Source: an uncultured Planctomycetota bacterium (GTDB taxonomy: Bacteria; Planctomycetota; Planctomycetia; Isosphaerales; Isosphaeraceae). Taken from it: a DNA stretch of 64,000 nucleotides. The stretch spans positions 64,001-128,000 of the forward strand of contig CAWJTV010000009.1 in the NCBI GenBank assembly GCA_963845755.1, read 5' to 3'. Shown piece by piece: positions 11,077 to 20,330 of the stretch (the stretch's first letter is position 1; each line of letters starts with the position of its first letter). The translations under genes were made by a program, and so were the position numbers. The notes below the pieces were generated by a model. It did not search any database and had not been told where the DNA came from. It was given only the letters and a program-made list of their open reading frames with translations.

Positions 11077-11254
11077 GGAGGAGTATCCTACGAAACGCCC
11101 GCACAGTTCGTTGAAGTCCAAGACCCCGGCCGAGTTCGCAGCGACCTGCAGGAGGTACGATCCTATCAAAGAAAACGCGTTTGACCCGTCGTCTACTGAA
11201 CAAATGCAGGGCTGATTCCCATTAGGGTTGGACCAAGAAATGGGGGGCAGGCCA
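11077..11254 (+). mobile_element. IS3-family right-end remnant (end of orfB plus IRR)
   Basis: Reads EEYPTKRPHSSLKSKTPAEFAATC (degenerate YN..RPHSSLGY.TPAEF integrase tail), stop, then GGTTGGACCAAGAAATGGGGGGCAGGCCA ending in CA, as IS3-family right inverted repeats do. Confidence 0.7.
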
Positions 11255-11264
11255 GTTCACGACC

Positions 11265-14208
11265 TCAGCGCCGGTCGGTCCACAGCCGGTCGAGCACCCC
11301 GATCTTCGATGACGTCCCCGGGCTCCAGCCCCGCCCGCGAGCGGCCAGGTGGATCTCGGCGCGGGCCGAGGTCCAGGCCGCCGGCGCGGGACGGACGGGA
11401 CGGTTGGCCGGCCCCGGCTGGCCCGTCGTCCCGATCCGCACCGGCACCGCGCCGGCACCGACCGCCGTTTCCAACGAGATCGACGCGACGGCCGGGCTCG
11501 CCGTCACCGCCGGCAGGCTGGTGCCGATCGCGACTCGCACGTCGTTGTAGTCCGCGAGGTTGACCACGCCGTCGCCATTGATGTCGCCGAAGATGGTATA
11601 GCCGGCCCCGTTGACGTGCAGCCACTCGTTGCGGACGCCGACCAGGTCCTGCGCGTTGACCACGCCGTCGTCGTTGAAATCGCCCGGCAACACGTCGAGC
11701 CGGCGGGTGAAGGTGACGATCGTGGCGTTGTCGATCGTGACCGTCACCCGGTCGGCCTTGTCGACCGGCTGGGCCAGGGTGATCGTATAACTGGTCCCCG
11801 AGCCGGAGATCGACACCGGCCCGTAGCTGGCGCCGATGGCGCTGCTGACCGTGACATCCCCGGAGGCCAGCGTCGTGGCCTGGGCGAGGGTGATGCTGAG
11901 CTGATCGATGCCGATCCAGGGCATGTCGGTGCTCCGGCCGGCCGGGAGCAGACGCAATCCATCGCTGGCGGTCTGGAACGTGTCGGTGCCGGCAGTCCCC
12001 CAGTTGACGCCGACGGAGGACCCGACGGTGGTCTGAACGTTGAACGGGTTCGTCGTCGCCCCCGTGAGGCCGGTGCTGGAGACGTCGAGCGTGTAGCCAA
12101 TCCCGGGTTGATTGAGGGTCAGGTCGGTGAACGGCACCATGCCGGCCTGGGCGGTCACTTGAAGCGTCCCGCCGAGGGTGGCGCCGCCGGGATTTGTACC
12201 CAGTCCCACGGTCACGCTGCCGACGAAGTTGGTATCGAGGTTGTCATATGGATCTTCGGCCCAGACGGTCAGCTCGAACGTGCTGCCGGCGATGACGTCG
12301 CTGGGTGGCTGCGACATCACGATCAGTTGAGTGGCCGCCGCGGGCGTGACGTCGAAGGGATCGGTCGTCGTACTGGCCAGGCCGCTCGCCGTCACGAGGA
12401 GCGTGTACCCGGTGCCGACCTTGTTGAGCGTCAGGTCGGCGAAGGGGGCCACGCCGTTCTGGGCCGTTATCCTCACCGTGCCGCCCAGGGTCGAGCCCCC
12501 GGGGTTGTTCGACAGCGCCACGGTGACGGTTCCATCGAAGGAGGTATCCACATCACCCGAGCTTTCATAGGCAGTGACGGTGAAGCCGAAGTCGGATCCG
12601 GCCATGACGCTGCCGGGGGTTGGTACCGTCACTTCCAGATAGTCGGTCGGCTGGACTTCGAAGGCGCCGATGTCGACGGCTTTGCCGACGATCCGTGGAT
12701 ATCCGGGTCCGCGCTGGTCGTATTGCAATGGCTGGCCGGTGGTGGGATCGACGGCCAGGGCGTTGCTGCCTGCGTCGATCGCGGGGCTGCCGGGCAAGAG
12801 GGCGATGGTCTGGGTCGGCCCGCCGTTGGCCTGGAGCCCGTTGGGATCGAGCCCCGGGTCGGCAACGCCGACCTGGTTGCCATTGACACCATTGACCAGG
12901 CCGCCGGAACCCCCGATGCCGATCAGGTTGTACCCGCTGGTTGAGGAAACCGTGCCGTCGATGTCGTCGGGCGTGGCCCCGCTGCCCGTGCCTTCGGTGT
13001 TCAGCCCGACGATCGTGTTGTCCAGGGTGGCCGTACTGCCGTCGAGGCCCAGCCCCCCGCCCGAGCCGCCACTGGCGACCGTGTTGTCGGCGATGGTGGA
13101 GTTGACGACCGTCAGCGTGCCATCGTTGGCAATGCCGCCGCCGTGGGCGGGCGAGGACCCGGAGCCGAAGGTCAATAGCCCCTCATACCAGGCCGCGCCG
13201 GCTGGGGGGTCGTCGTTGAACTCGAGGAGAGTGGTGAAGTCATTGGACGCCGTGGGCAACTGGGCGATCGTCAGGCTGTACCGGGCGGTGATCACCGTCA
13301 GAGCCACATCCGTCGTGTCCGGGATCGCAGGGGTCAGACCCGTGAAGACGGAGGACATGGCTGGGAAGCGGATCGGGTCGGGAGGAGGTAGTGGCCAGGT
13401 CGGGATCCAGTCCACGCCGTTCATCTGGGTCGACCCGTTGAGGGTCGTCGTGATGATCGTCGGATAATTCACGCCGTCAAGTCGGCCTGGTGCGGCAAAG
13501 TCGAAGTGGTCCCATTGCAGCGTATTTCCCTGGATGATCAACTCGTCGCGGCCGTCGATGTAGGCCGAGACATCGAGCGTGACGGTGCCGCTCCCAACGG
13601 CTGCGTTATCGGCGATGGTGGAGCTGCTGACAGTCAATGTGCCCGCGTTGTCGATGCCGCCGCCGGAGCCGGCTGAGTTGTCGGCGATGGTGGAACTGGT
13701 GACGGACAGCGTGCCCGCGTTGTCGATGCCACCGCCGTAAGTGGCCGAGCCATTCGAGATCGTCTGGCCGGTGATGGTGGCTGTCACGCCACCGGAGATG
13801 GCGAACACCCCAACACTGTTGTTGCCGCTGACTGTCAGCAGGTTTGCGCCAGGACCGCTGATCACCTCCGGTCCGGCGGTTTCCGAGAGGGTCAGGGTGC
13901 TGGAGAGCGTGATGGTCTGCGGTGTGCCGAAGACCGTCGGGTCGAACTCGATCAGGCTGCCGTCGGTGTTCGAGTTGGCGTTGGCCTGGTCGATGCAATA
14001 GAGCAGGTCGCCCGTGGTCCCCGATCCCGCGCCGGTGTCGGTGATCGCGTTGACCGTGTAGAGCGTGGCCGCCAGGAGGACGCGGTCCTCCAGGCCCTCC
14101 AGGGCCCAGAGCCGGTGACGGCGACGCGGGCTCGACGCCTGGCGGGCGTGGCGCGACTTCGGGGCGGATAAGAGGCGCGGAAAACGGACGAGACAAGGTG
14201 CGCGACAT
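11265..14208 (-). CDS. Large extracellular protein: planctomycete LEGLEDRVLLA N-terminal signature, beta-helix/GGGI repeats, choice-of-anchor-Q-like region, Ig-like repeats, dockerin-like domain; frameshift at 14181-14184
   Basis: ATG 14208 with AGGGAG RBS; deleting one T from a TTTT run gives MSRTLSRPFPRLLSAPKSRHARQASSPRRRHRLWALEGLEDRVLLA, in frame with the 866-aa ORF. Contains NGGPTQTIALLPGSPAIDAG...DQRG...DIGAFE and GDFNDDGVVNAQD/GDINGDGVVNLAD. Confidence 0.88.
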
Positions 14209-14419
14209 GGCCGGTGGCTCCCTTCGGATCGATCAGCAGGAACGGAGCTTTTCGGCTGCGGTGTCCGCGAGCGAGTGGCGAGTGGCAGGAGCCAGAAGCC
14301 ACGACGGATCGCGTCGTCTGGCGGCTATCCATCCGCTGGATAGGATTGCTGGCCGACGCCATCACCCGGACAGAGACCCAGGTCGCCGACGACGCCTGAC
14401 GATCGCTCGCGATGCGCAA

Positions 14420-14500
14420 CAAAAAAACCCGCTCGTGCACGGAATCGCACGACGGGCCACCCTAACCCAGCGTTGCGGGCCCCTCGCGAGCCGGCAACGT
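14420..14500 (-). ncRNA. Candidate cis-regulatory leader RNA (GNRA hairpin plus intrinsic terminator)
   Basis: Minus strand: CGTTGC-CGGCTC-GCGA-GGGGCCC-GCAACG hairpin, linker CTGGGTTAGGGTGG, then CCCGTCGTGC/GCACGAGCGGG stem and T7, about 210 nt upstream of the extracellular-protein ATG. Confidence 0.5.
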
Positions 14501-14506
14501 CCGCTC

Positions 14507-14535
14507 ATTGTTGATCGCGGCGGAGCGGATGTCAA
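14507..14535 (-). promoter_or_regulatory. Sigma70-type promoter for the extracellular protein leader
   Basis: TTGACA (14535-14530), 17-nt spacer, AACAAT (14512-14507); 7-bp inverted repeat TCCGCTC/GAGCGGA flanks the -10. Confidence 0.65.
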
Positions 14536-14585
14536 TACATTTGCGTCTCAAAATAATTTTGGGTTGTCTAACGCTTGGGAGGCGC

Positions 14586-14660
14586 ATACCAGCCCAAAGC
14601 GCCAGCGAGTGAATGTATGATTCCCATTGGAATTCATGCGCTGGCGCTTCGTGCTCGTAT
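14586..14660. repeat. REP-like inverted repeat
   Basis: ATACCAGCCCAAAGCGCCAGCGAGTGAAT ... ATTCATGCGCTGGCGCTTCGTGCTCGTAT imperfect inverted pair. Confidence 0.65.
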
Positions 14661-14736
14661 CCCATCGATGTCGTCCTCGTGTGTGCAAGCCAACCGTTGA
14701 GAGACCTGGAGCGCAACACGCCTGGGTTGAGCGCGC

Positions 14737-14822
14737 GGAAAATGGGGACAGGCACCCGGCCCGCGGGAACGAGGTCGAAACGGAGGGGCCCATCCAGGGC
14801 CGGGAGCCAGTCCCCATTTTCC
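14737..14822. repeat. REP-like inverted repeat (GGGGACAGGCACC type)
   Basis: GGAAAATGGGGACAGGCACCCGGCCC pairs with GGGCCGGGAGCCAGTCCCCATTTTCC (24/26). Confidence 0.75.
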
Positions 14823-14940
14823 TGGGCCGGTCCCGCAGGCCGCGGAGGGGCCAGAAGGGCCATTCCCACGCGGGAGGGTGGGAACGAGATCACCCGGTGG
14901 CCTCGCTACCGTGTCGATTTTTTTCTAGTCAGGAAACCGA

Positions 14941-16117
14941 TCAGAACGGAGTCGTGGTCCCGCCACCGGCCTGGGGCTGGGACGGTGGATTGGTTGACCG
15001 CGGCGCGGCACCGATCCGCCGCGATCCCGCCGAGCTGGCGCCGGGGTAAGTGATGCCGGCCTCGGCACCCCCGTGGGCCGGGTTGGGTGAAGTGCCCTCG
15101 ACCCCACGGCCACCCGACCCGTCGGCGAATCGGACGAGGGTTCCCGGCATCAGCGGGACCGAGGAACCGACGATGAGGGCATCGGTACCGCGGAGCAGCC
15201 CCGCGACCTGGATGCGATCGGGCCCCATGCCGCCCATGACGTGGACCGGCACGTTCGTGACATACTCGTTGCGGATGACCTGGATCATCGAGGACGACGC
15301 TCCGCGCATGTCGTCCGATCGGACGGCCCGCCTGGGGACGTTGGCGATCGGCGTGGTGGGCACCCCCGCCGGCCGCGCGCAGGCCCGGCTCCAGCTCGCC
15401 CTTGGAATTCGCGAAGACCACCGCGGCGGCGGAGAACGGCGTCGCCAGCTCGCGCAGGACCGCGAACGACTCGGGGAGCGGCAGCACCGCCTGCACCTTG
15501 CACGCGACCTCCTGCTCCTCGACCGGGACCGTCAACGTCGCCCCCACCGCCACGCCACGTCGGTCGACCGGCAGCACCGCCTGGAGGGTCGTCGTATCGG
15601 CCAGCTCGATCAGGGGCGACCCTTTCAACACGTACTGGCCGGCGCACACGTGGATGTCGAGGATCCGGCCCGCGAAGGCGGCGCGGATCGTGCAGCGATC
15701 CAGCGCCAGTTGAGCCAGGCTGGCGCGCGCCTGGGCCGCCTCCAACTGCGCCTGGTACACTTCAGTGCCCAGCGTGCCCGCGGCTTTGAGCTGGGCCTGC
15801 TTTTCCTTGACTTCCGCCGTCGCCACCTGGAGCCTGGCGTTCGCCTCGCCCCGATCGAACTGCGCCAGCTCCTGCACTTCCCGGACCGAAACACCCAGGC
15901 GTGCGTCCAGGGTCCGGATCATCCCATCGACCGGTGCGATGATCGTCAACCGTCGCACCGGCTCGAGAACGGCCACGACCTGGTAAGGATCCGGCATGGT
16001 CAAGCGGAGCGGGATCGTCTCGATCCGTGCCGTCGCGGCCGAAGTCTGCCCCCAGCAGGTCCTTGCCCCACAGAGTAGACACACGGAAAACGCGATGGAT
16101 AATCCCGTGATCCTCAT
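14941..16117 (-). CDS. Efflux RND transporter periplasmic adaptor (MFP)-like protein; frameshift near 15375
   Basis: Signal peptide, APVDGMI, alpha-hairpin, CTIRAAFAGRIL..GQYV.KG.PL, GELEPGL; continues in frame 14941-15363 (NVPRRAV...GLLRGTDALIV). Confidence 0.8.
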
Positions 16118-16362
16118 GGCGCACCCCTCTGGCGACAGGATGGACTTGATCTCACGCACACGAACTTGCACGCTCGATCGCAACTTCATTCGGCGTATTA
16201 GACCTGTATCACTCACCCTAATCCCGGCGGTCCTGAGCGTCAACAGGCTCATGCCCCCTGGCGATCGACGACTTGCACGGTTACCATCGGGGATCGGATC
16301 TGATGCGAGACGCCTCGACTTGTAGAGACGTCCGTCCCGAAATCCACGAAAGGCATCCTCTC

Positions 16363-17718
16363 ATGGAAACGGCTCAAATCACGCGGCGTGACTTCGTTGA
16401 GGCGGTCGGGATCTCGGCCGGTGCATCGACCTTGCTGGGCATGCCGGCGATTGCCGCGGGCGGCTCGGCGAATGAGAAGATCCGCCTGATTTTGATCGGC
16501 GCCGGGAGTCGCGGGAACCAGCTCCTGGACTCGTTCTTCAAGCAGGCCGACATGGAGGTGGTTGGTGTCGTCGACGTGGACGACAAGCATGCCGGCGAGA
16601 CGGCCGATCGCATCAAGAAAGCCAAGGGAAACACCCCGGACACGGCGCGCGACTACCGGGGCATGCTCGACCGCAAGGACGTCAACGCCGTGATCATCGC
16701 GACGCCGGATCACTGGCATGCCCTCCCCGCGATCCAGGCCGTCCTGGCCGGCAAGGACGTCTATGTCGAGAAGCCGGTGGCGCACAACGTGGCCGAAGGC
16801 CAGGCGATGCTCCGCGCCGCCCGGAAGACCGGCAAGATCATGGCGGTGGGGACCCAGCAACGCTCGTCATCGCATTTCCAGCAGGCCGTCGAGATCGTGC
16901 GGTCGGGCAAGCTCGGCAAGGTCTTCTGGGTCCAGACCTGGAACTTCGAGAACATCAGCCCCGCCGGGCTGGGCAACTATCCCGACGGACCGGCGCCCTC
17001 CTCGGTTGACTATGACCGATGGCTCGGCCCCGCTCCGCTGCGGCCGTTCCATCCCAATCGGTTCCACTTGCTCTTCCGCTGGTTCTTCGACTACGCCGGA
17101 GGCATGATGAGCGACTGGGGCGTCCACCTCAACGATATCGTGCTCTGGGCCCTCAACGCCAAGGGCCCGAAGTCGGTCTACACCACCGGGGGGATCTTCA
17201 CCAGCGACGATAACCGCGATACCCCCGACACGATGCAGGTCGTCTACGAGTTCCCGGAATGCACGCTCACGTATTCGATGCGCAAGGGGAACGGCCTGAA
17301 GTACAACGGGCACGATTACGGCATCCTCTTCTGCGGCACCGATGCCAGCTTGCTGCTCGACCGCAGCGGCTTCGAAGTCATCCCGGACAAGGTCGTCCTG
17401 CCCTATGGCATCAAGCTGGTCCACGGCGATCGTCCCCTGCGGAAGATCGACCTCAACCCCGAGAAGGTCAAGGGCGTTGACGGCCAGGATCCCCACGTGC
17501 GCAACTTCCTCGACTGTGTCAAGTCGCGCGCCTTGCCGACCTCCGACATCGAGATCGCGCATCGCTCGACCAACACATGCCACCTGGGAAACATCGCCTA
17601 CAAGGTCGAACGCAAGATCGAGTGGGACGCCGACTCGGAGACGATCAAGTACGACCGCGAAGCCAACGTCCTCCTGAGTCGGGAGCCCCGCAAGGGATAC
17701 GAGCTGCCCAGCATCTGA
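16363..17718 (+). CDS. Tat-exported Gfo/Idh/MocA family oxidoreductase
   Basis: TRRDFV Tat motif, IGAGSRG, IATPDHWH, GKDVYVEKP, GTQQRS, DWGVH. Confidence 0.95.
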   Translation: METAQITRRDFVEAVGISAGASTLLGMPAIAAGGSANEKIRLILIGAGSRGNQLLDSFFKQADMEVVGVVDVDDKHAGETADRIKKAKGNTPDTARDYRGMLDRKDVNAVIIATPDHWHALPAIQAVLAGKDVYVEKPVAHNVAEGQAMLRAARKTGKIMAVGTQQRSSSHFQQAVEIVRSGKLGKVFWVQTWNFENISPAGLGNYPDGPAPSSVDYDRWLGPAPLRPFHPNRFHLLFRWFFDYAGGMMSDWGVHLNDIVLWALNAKGPKSVYTTGGIFTSDDNRDTPDTMQVVYEFPECTLTYSMRKGNGLKYNGHDYGILFCGTDASLLLDRSGFEVIPDKVVLPYGIKLVHGDRPLRKIDLNPEKVKGVDGQDPHVRNFLDCVKSRALPTSDIEIAHRSTNTCHLGNIAYKVERKIEWDADSETIKYDREANVLLSREPRKGYELPSI

Positions 17719-17727
17719 AACCGCTCC

Positions 17728-17842
17728 TAGAAACTATCCGAGAATCTTGTAGGGTGGGTGAAACCCACCAGGAAGTGTCCCGATTCTGGTGGGTTTCACC
17801 CACCCTACAAACCCCGGATCCGCTTCTCGGACAGTTTCTTAG
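17728..17842. repeat. GTAG-type REP doublet inside an outer inverted repeat (REPIN/MITE-like)
   Basis: GTAGGGTGGGTGAAACCCACC ... GGTGGGTTTCACCCACCCTAC flanked by CTAGAAACTATCCGAGAA ... TTCTCGGACAGTTTCTTAG; second doublet at 18478-18537. Confidence 0.85.
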
Positions 17843-17844
17843 CG

Positions 17845-17930
17845 ATCGAGATTCGGGATTCGAGATTCCGGATTCCGAATGAAGTATGATTCGGGAATCT
17901 TGAATCGGGAATTTGGAATCCAGGATCCCC
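17845..17930. repeat. Heptamer (GATTC[CG]G/GGAATC-type) inverted tandem repeats
   Basis: GAGATTCGGGATTCGAGATTCCGGATTCC followed by GGAATCTTGAATCGGGAATTTGGAATCC. Confidence 0.65.
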
Positions 17931-17990
17931 CAGAAGGCGGCACGGCGGCAGGGATCTTTCGGAGGAAGACTCTCACTTATCCACGTAAGA

Positions 17991-18123
17991 CACGAAATCG
18001 GAAATCATTCGAGGATCGGCTTTCCATCTGCTTTACCCTTTGGGTGTTTCGTGGATTTCGTGGTTGAACTCTTCCAGGGAGAAGGGTCAACAGCCGTGAG
18101 GGTCGGGGTCGTTTTAGCGCTCT
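17991..18123. repeat. MITE-like element copy 2 (homologous to 9140-9270)
   Basis: Shares TTTCGTGGATTTCGTGGTTGAACTCTTC.AGGGAGAAGGGTCAA.AGC.GTGAGGG..GGGTCGTTT...CGCTCT with copy 1. Confidence 0.8.
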
Positions 18124-18124
18124 C

Positions 18125-18352
18125 ATGAAAAAAGTCACCGGACAGTTCCTCCGGCTGGTGGGCTTGCTGGTCGAGATGCTCGGGATCATGGGCGTGCTCA
18201 CCGGTCGAGGCGACATCGAGGCCGCGCGCCTGCGGTTACCCAGCGGAACTTTGGTGTCGCCGGCCTGGATCGCCATCGCGCTGGGCTTCGCGATCTGGAT
18301 GGTCGGGACGATCCTCGTTTTCAGGTCCCGGTCAAGGCGAGAGCAACCCTGA
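18125..18352 (+). CDS. Small hypothetical membrane protein (2 TM, 75 aa)
   Basis: Two hydrophobic segments (LVGLLVEMLGIMGVL; WIAIALGFAIWMVGTILVF), GC3-biased codons. Confidence 0.7.
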   Translation: MKKVTGQFLRLVGLLVEMLGIMGVLTGRGDIEAARLRLPSGTLVSPAWIAIALGFAIWMVGTILVFRSRSRREQP

Positions 18353-18477
18353 CGAAATCGCTCTGGCCGTTCCGGCCCGGAGACGCTAGAACCACCGGCG
18401 AGAATCGTTCGTGCGGCACGTGCGTCCGCCTCTTCTCCTCCATGGATGGAGGAACTTGGAGGCTGTCCGAGAAGGTG

Positions 18478-18537
18478 GTAGGGTGGGTGAAACCCACCAA
18501 GCATCGCCTCGATCCTGGTGGGTTTCACCCACCCTAC
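18478..18537. repeat. GTAG-type REP doublet, copy 2
   Basis: GTAGGGTGGGTGAAACCCACC ... GGTGGGTTTCACCCACCCTAC with identical arms to 17749-17808; preceded by CTGTCCGAGAA like copy 1. Confidence 0.85.
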
Positions 18538-18601
18538 AAGACCCGTATACCGTCCTCGACACGGCGCAGCGAACGAGGCCGGTCCTCCGGCGGGATGCGA
18601 G

Positions 18602-19716
18602 ATGATGGACAGCGGAAGTCCGAAGAACGGCCTCCGGTCGCGATGGGATCGCGGCGCGCGATGGTTTCAGCCGCGAGGCCCGTCCGTGGGATCCCGGGAT
18701 CACCATCCCCGGCTTGGGCTGGAGACAGGGGCTCCGCCCGCCGCCGACGTCATCTGCTGCGGGATGTACCGGGCCTGCTCGACCTGGCAGTATGAAGTGG
18801 TCGCCCACCTCCTGGAACGCCATCGCGACGGTCGGCGCCTGGGTTACTTGACCGGCGAACAATACCACGACCTCGGCCTGCGCAAAGCGATACCTCGGCA
18901 GGGGCCGGCTGGCGCGCGTTCAAGTCCCACGAAGGGAGTCGCGATTTCGCCGTCGCCCTGGCCGAGGGGCGGGCCGTCGCCGTCTATGCCTATCGCGACG
19001 TCCGCGACGTCGTCTTCTCGCTCATGCACAAACGCGGCCTGACGTTCGAACCGTTGCTCCGACAGGGCATGATCCACCAGGTCCTGGCCAACGACCGGTT
19101 CTGGACGCAACAGCCCAACGTGCTGATCCAGCGCTACGAGGAAATCCTCGCCGATCCGCTGGCAGCCGTCCGCGCGTTGGCCGATCATCTCGGGATCCTC
19201 CTGGAGGAAGCCGAAGCGGCCCGGATCGCCGACGAGTATTCGCTCGAGTCCAACAAGGCCCGGACCGAGGCCTTGCGTCGCCGCCTGGAGCAGGCCGGGA
19301 TGGATCTGAATACCGCGGCGAACGCGCAGGTCTGCGACTCGAACACCCTCCTGCACTGGAATCATGTCCGGAACGGCGGTTCTTCCTGGTTCGCCGAGTC
19401 AACTCCGCGTCAGCGACGGACCCTCCATCGGCTCTGCGGGCGATGGTTGCGATCGCGGAACTATGCGCTCCGACCGGCCAGCTCGGAATCGGGCGCAGTC
19501 GCCGATCCACGCCTGAACATGCGGGGCCTGGTTCGGATCGAGGCCGATCTCCTCGTGGGGTGGTTGAACTACCAGATTCGAGGGACCTCGCAACGGCTCC
19601 CGCGCCTGGCCGTTGCGGTCAAACGCATGCTCGGGATTCCGACTCCCACCCAGGTCGGCGCGACCGTGTGGTCGGAGTCCAAGCCCGAGGCGCGTGTGCA
19701 CTCATCGGCGAGGTGA
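18602..19716 (+). CDS. Sulfotransferase-domain protein; frameshift near 18900
   Basis: 5'-PSB-like CGMYRACSTWQY, then after the shift WRAFKSHE...YAYRDVRDVVFSLMHK (3'-PB RD.RD..S motif) and IQRYEEILADP. Confidence 0.8.
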
Positions 19717-20330
19717 TCGGGGACCAGGAACCGTTCGATTATCAGAATTACCACCGGACGATCGTCGCCTTCCATGGGACGACGGAACCTATGGCCGATC
19801 ACCTGGTTAACGGGGGTGATTTCACTCCCAGCAGCAACACGGATGATTGGCTGGGAACCGGTATCTACTTCTGGGAATACGCCCCGAGGCAGGCGTGGTG
19901 GTGGGCGAGGACATTCAAGAGGAAGTCCAAGCCCGCTGTCGTGGGAGCGATGATCCGGCTGGGGAATTGCTTCGACTTGCTCGATCCGGAGAACGTGCAG
20001 TTGCTCAAGAGTGTGTACAATAGTATCATAGACAAATGACAAGAGGAAGGGACGGAGCCGCCGAGGAATGTCCGACACCGAAAGAACCTTGACTGCGCCG
20101 TTTTCAACTATTGTTACGAGAAGGCGGTGGCGAAGGGGAACCCGATCGACTCTGGACGCGCTGTCTATGTTCCGACTGACAAGTTCAAGCGGGTCTGGAA
20201 GGGAAGTTGGATCTATGAAGAAGCGCACATCCAAATCTGCGTCCGCAACCCGAAGAACATCCTCGCGGTCTGGCACGTCGGCCTCGATGGACGATATGGC
20301 AAGAGAGGCCGTGAACAAGGCCATGCCTAG
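19713..20330 (+). CDS. ADP-ribosyltransferase-fold (H-Y-Q type, DUF3990-like) protein with in-frame TGA at 20037-20039
   Basis: GTG overlaps the upstream TGA. AFHGT...DDWLGTGIYFWE...QAWWWA...LGNCFDLLD; in the same frame after the TGA, LDCAVFNY...HIQICVRNPKNI. Fold assignment is by motif recognition only. Confidence 0.65.

Noticed and set aside
14420..14500. Assigning the leader RNA to the c-di-GMP-I riboswitch class
   Set aside because: Only partial resemblance; it lacks the GGCAAA element and a clear second stem, so it is left unclassified.
17728..18537. REP and heptamer repeats as a CRISPR array
   Set aside because: No regularly spaced direct repeats with unique spacers, and no cas genes.
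20037..20039. Selenocysteine at the in-frame TGA
   Set aside because: No redox motif context and no convincing SECIS-like hairpin downstream.
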